64,000 bases of DNA from an uncultured Acidimicrobiia bacterium. GTDB lineage: Bacteria > Actinomycetota > Acidimicrobiia > IMCC26256 > JAENVU01. Both the position numbers and the translations under genes were made by a program. The DNA lies in the NCBI GenBank assembly GCA_963765075.1, contig CAVXVA010000008.1, positions 133,078 to 197,077 on the forward strand, written 5' to 3'. Positions 60,601 to 64,000 of the stretch are shown here, piece after piece; the first letter of the stretch is position 1, and each line of letters opens with the position of its first letter. Below the pieces are notes generated by a model that saw nothing but the letters and a program-made list of their open reading frames with translations, was not told where the DNA came from and made no database searches.

Positions 60601-61950
60601 ATGACGACCGAGATCGATGCCATCCGTACTGCCATTCTCGAGGGAGCGCCCGGTGACGATCTCGCCGCCCTCCCGATTCCCGAGGCGGTGCGCGGCGCAC
60701 TGGTGAAGGCCGACGAACAGGAAATGTTCGCGGGGATTGAATCCGAGGCCAAAGACCCTCGCCTGTCCACCCACGTCGAGGAGTTCGCGTTCCCCGAGAT
60801 TGCGCCCGACGAGGTGGTGCTGGCGGTCATGGCCAGCTCGATCAACTTCAACACGGTGTGGACGTCGATCTTCGAGCCGCTCCCCACGTTCGGATTCCTG
60901 AAGCGCCTCGGTAAGGAGAGCGTGTGGGGGGCGCGCCACGACCAGCCGTACCACGTCATGGGCAGCGATGCCTCGGGCGTCGTCATGCGCGTTGGTTCGG
61001 CCGTGCGGAACTGGAAGCCCGGCGACCGGGTGACGGTGCACTGCAACTACCTCGACGACCAGGACCCGTCGGCGCACGACGACTCGATGATGGCGACGAA
61101 CCAACGCATCTGGGGGTTCGAATCCAACTTCGGCGGCCTCGCGGATCTCAGTGTCGTCAAGGCCAACCAGTTGATGCCCAAGCCCGAACACCTCACGTGG
61201 GAAGAGGCCGCGGTCAACGCGTTGTGCAACAGCACGAGCTACCGCATGATCGTCAGCCCGAACGGCTCACACATGACCCAAGGTCAGAGCGTTCTGGTCT
61301 GGGGCGCGACCGGCGGTATCGGCGCCTACGCGTGTCAGTACGTCAAGAACGGCGGCGGCACCCCGATCGCGGTGGTGTCGAGCGAGAAGCGGGTGGCACT
61401 GCTCAACGAGATGGGCATCGCTGCCGTCATCGACCGCCGGGCCGAGGGGTACAACTTCTGGAAGAGCGACACCGAGCAGGACCCCGGCGAGTGGCGGCGG
61501 CTCGGCAAGAAGATTCGTGAGCTCAACGGCGGTCGCGATGTCGACATCGTGTTCGAACACCCCGGTCGGTCCACGATGGGCGCGTCGGTGTTCGTCGCGA
61601 AGCGTGGCGGGATGATCATCACCTCCGCGGCGACCAGCGGCTTCATGATCGAATACGACAACCGCTACCTCTGGATGAACCTCAAGACCCTCAAGGGCTG
61701 CCACTTCGCGAACTACCGCGAAGCATGGGAGGCGAACCGGGCGATCTGCGAGGGCAAGGTCCACCCGACGCTCTCGAAGGTGTTCACCCTCGAAGACTCC
61801 GGTGAGGCCGCGTACCAAGTGCACCACAACATGCACGAGGGCAAGCTCGGCGTCCTCTGCCTCGCGCCCGAGGAAGGCCTCGGTGTGACCAACGCGGAGA
61901 TGCGCGAGCGCCTTCTCCCCGAGATCACCCTGTTCCGGCGCCACGCGTAG
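60601..61950 (+). CDS. ccr: crotonyl-CoA carboxylase/reductase
   Basis: ATG 60601 within ORF 59896..61950. 449-aa MDR-family protein with Ccr-like strings SINFNTVWTSIFEP, RIWGFESNFGGLA, VWGATGGIGAYA. Confidence 0.8.
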   Translation: MTTEIDAIRTAILEGAPGDDLAALPIPEAVRGALVKADEQEMFAGIESEAKDPRLSTHVEEFAFPEIAPDEVVLAVMASSINFNTVWTSIFEPLPTFGFLKRLGKESVWGARHDQPYHVMGSDASGVVMRVGSAVRNWKPGDRVTVHCNYLDDQDPSAHDDSMMATNQRIWGFESNFGGLADLSVVKANQLMPKPEHLTWEEAAVNALCNSTSYRMIVSPNGSHMTQGQSVLVWGATGGIGAYACQYVKNGGGTPIAVVSSEKRVALLNEMGIAAVIDRRAEGYNFWKSDTEQDPGEWRRLGKKIRELNGGRDVDIVFEHPGRSTMGASVFVAKRGGMIITSAATSGFMIEYDNRYLWMNLKTLKGCHFANYREAWEANRAICEGKVHPTLSKVFTLEDSGEAAYQVHHNMHEGKLGVLCLAPEEGLGVTNAEMRERLLPEITLFRRHA

Positions 61951-62004
61951 CCGAACTCCGGTGTGACCCCGACTGTGGCCTCGCGGCCGGGTACCGTTGT
62001 GCAC

Positions 62005-62577
62005 ATGTTGAATTCTGCTCGCCGTTTCGGCGCGTTCCTGATCCTGCCCGTCCTCGCCATTGCGCTCGGCGCCTGTGGGAGTTCGGACCCGTCGCCCGGC
62101 AAGATCGCCACCAACCCGGCCGGTCCCACCGCGTCGTCGTCGAGCACGACGACGGCCGCCCCGGCATCAGCCGCCGGCAAGCCCTGCGTCGCCGAGGTCA
62201 CCGCCGATGCACCGGCGGGCGCGCCCCCGGTTCCGGTCAAGGTCGGCCCGCCGCCGACCACGCTGATCAAGGAAGACTTGAAGGTCGGTGATGGCGACGA
62301 GGTCGTGGCGACATCGTCGGTGACCGTCGACTACATCGGCGTTGCCTGCTCGACCGGCAAGATCTTCGACTCGTCCTACACGACTGGCCAGCCGGCGACG
62401 TTCGCGCTGAACCAAGTGATCAAGGGCTGGTCCGAGGGCCTGGTCGGGATGAAGGTCGGCGGCGTGCGTCTGCTCGGCATTCCGTCTGATCTCGCCTACG
62501 GACCATCGGGCCAGGGCGCCGACATCGGGCCGGACGAGGCGCTGTGGTTCGTCGTGACACTGAAGTCGATCTCGTAG
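62005..62577 (+). CDS. FKBP-type peptidyl-prolyl cis-trans isomerase lipoprotein
   Basis: ATG 62005. Lipobox LAIALGAC. FKBP core VTVDYIGVACSTGKIFDSSY...VIKGWSEGLVGMKVGGVR. Confidence 0.85.
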   Translation: MLNSARRFGAFLILPVLAIALGACGSSDPSPGKIATNPAGPTASSSSTTTAAPASAAGKPCVAEVTADAPAGAPPVPVKVGPPPTTLIKEDLKVGDGDEVVATSSVTVDYIGVACSTGKIFDSSYTTGQPATFALNQVIKGWSEGLVGMKVGGVRLLGIPSDLAYGPSGQGADIGPDEALWFVVTLKSIS

Positions 62578-62615
62578 GGCACGAACGCAGGGCACACTCA
62601 CTACCATCGGCGTTC

Positions 62616-63017
62616 ATGCAACTGACTGAGATCGACCACGTCGCCATTGCCGTCAACGACCTCGAGGCCGCGATCGCGTATTACCACGACACCTTCGGGT
62701 GCACGGTGGAGCATCGCGAGGTCGTCGAGAGTGACGGCGTCGAAGAAGCGCTGCTCAAGGTCGCCGACTCGTATGTGCAACTGCTCACACCGACGCGCGA
62801 CGACTCACCGGTGGCGAAGTACCTGGCCAACAAAGGCGAGGGTCTCCATCACATCGGGTACCGGGTCGACGATTGCGGCGCCGCGCTCGAGCGCGTGAAG
62901 GCAAACGGCGGTCGGGTCATCGATGAGGCACCTCGCCCCGGCAGTCGCGGCACCACGGTCGCGTTCGTGCACCCGAAGGGCGCGTTCGGCACCCTGATCG
63001 AACTCGTCCAGGAGTAG
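62616..63017 (+). CDS. mce: methylmalonyl-CoA (ethylmalonyl-CoA) epimerase
   Basis: ATG 62616. 133-aa VOC fold [18 protein letters not shown]...[11 protein letters not shown]...[16 protein letters not shown]. Confidence 0.85.
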   Translation: MQLTEIDHVAIAVNDLEAAIAYYHDTFGCTVEHREVVESDGVEEALLKVADSYVQLLTPTRDDSPVAKYLANKGEGLHHIGYRVDDCGAALERVKANGGRVIDEAPRPGSRGTTVAFVHPKGAFGTLIELVQE

Positions 63018-63138
63018 CCCGCCGCCCCCCACTCCGCATCGTTTGGCACCTGGTGGTTGGCTCCCGACCACCACATGCCAAACGGTGGGGGCTCCGGCCG
63101 GAACCGGGGCCCATGGCGACCGGTATCGTGTCCGGCTT

Positions 63139-64000
63139 ATGGCTGCACAGGTACCTTCCACCCCGCACCCGATCCACGAACTGATGGATCAGCTCGCCGA
63201 GCGCCGCGAGCAGGCGCTGCACGCAGGGAGCGACGAATCCATCGCCCGCCAGCACAGCCGGGGCAAGCTCACCGCCCGCGAGCGCATCGACCTGCTCCTC
63301 GACCCCGGTTCGTTCCACGAACTCGACATGCTGGCCCGCCACCGCGCGCACGGTTTCGGCATCGAGAACAACCGTCCGCTCACCGACGGTGTCGTCACCG
63401 GCTGGGGCACGGTCGACGGGCGCAAGGTCTTCCTCTTCGCGCAGGACTTCACCGTCTTCGGTGGCGCGCTCGGCGAGGTGTTCGCCGAGAAGATCCACAA
63501 GGTGATGGACCTCGCCGCGAGCACCGGCGCGCCCTTCATCGGCCTCAACGACGGCGCCGGCGCCCGCATTCAGGAAGGGGTCGTCTCGCTCGCGAGCTAC
63601 GGCGGGATCTTCCACCGCAATGTGAAGGCGAGCGGCGTCATTCCCCAGATCAGCGTGATCCTCGGCCCGTGCGCGGGCGGCGCGGTGTACTCACCGGCGA
63701 TGACCGATTTCATCTTCATGGTGAAGGGCACGTCGCACATGTTCATCACGGGTCCCGACGTCGTGAAGGCGGCCACCGGTGAGGACGTCACCCAAGAAGA
63801 ACTCGGCGGCGCGATGACCCACGCGCAGAAGTCGGGGGTGGCCGGGTTCGTCTACGACGACGAAGCAACCTGTCTCGAGCAGGTGCGATACTTGTTGTCG
63901 TTCCTCCCGGCGAACAACCTCGAGGATCCACCGGCGTTCGAGCCCGACGACCCGCGCGACCGTCCGTGTGACGCGATCCTCGATCTCATCCCGGATGCGC
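63139..64000 (+). CDS. pccB: acyl-CoA (propionyl-CoA) carboxylase beta subunit / carboxyltransferase, 3' end outside the window
   Basis: ATG 63139. My own translation gives MAAQVPS...[18 protein letters not shown]...[26 protein letters not shown]...[23 protein letters not shown]. It is not in the ORF track because no stop occurs before 64000. Confidence 0.85.
   Translation, partial: MAAQVPSTPHPIHELMDQLAERREQALHAGSDESIARQHSRGKLTARERIDLLLDPGSFHELDMLARHRAHGFGIENNRPLTDGVVTGWGTVDGRKVFLFAQDFTVFGGALGEVFAEKIHKVMDLAASTGAPFIGLNDGAGARIQEGVVSLASYGGIFHRNVKASGVIPQISVILGPCAGGAVYSPAMTDFIFMVKGTSHMFITGPDVVKAATGEDVTQEELGGAMTHAQKSGVAGFVYDDEATCLEQVRYLLSFLPANNLEDPPAFEPDDPRDRPCDAILDLIPDA

Overview
High-GC Actinomycetota-type chromosomal window with about 65 protein genes, 2 tRNA-Ser genes and 1 SRP RNA. 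I saw no rRNA, CRISPR array or intact IS element. Backbone from left to right: acyl-AMP ligase, nhaA, an FrhB-like Fe-S protein, the csoR/copA copper module, an NRAMP transporter, metF, tRNA-Ser(CGA)-tadA, and an ABC-2 exporter with a divergent ArsR regulator. Next comes an 11-kb sensory block (FIST protein, three PAS hybrid histidine kinases, a REC-PAS-degenerate GGDEF-EAL protein), then a Sec-signal RTX-repeat protein, cbiX and WS/DGAT. A TetR-linked catabolic-looking cluster follows (VOC, SDR, FAD monooxygenase, FAH). After the island come SRP RNA-dnaX-ybaB-recR, metX-metY, a MoxR/DUF58/DUF4350/DUF4129 operon, and an ethylmalonyl-CoA-type block (thiolase, ccr, epimerase, pccB). The only clearly accessory segment is about 37.5-44.3 kb. 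It is bounded by tRNA-Ser(GGA) and a truncated large-serine-recombinase gene. It carries a minus-strand three-gene operon of about 217, about 1,400 and about 400 aa. I cannot assign the giant central protein to any family; it ends in a papain-like Cys-peptidase module and is followed by an amidase_2 (PGRP-type) protein. This operon is my top candidate for an undescribed system. The main mundane alternative is a degraded prophage tail-lysin/endolysin remnant. Major caveat: several conserved genes (copA, metF, one histidine kinase, an SDR, dnaX) and every island gene need 1-nt frame corrections, mostly at short homopolymers. Assembly indels versus real pseudogenisation must be resolved before any functional claim. 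All family calls are from reading the translations; no database search was run.
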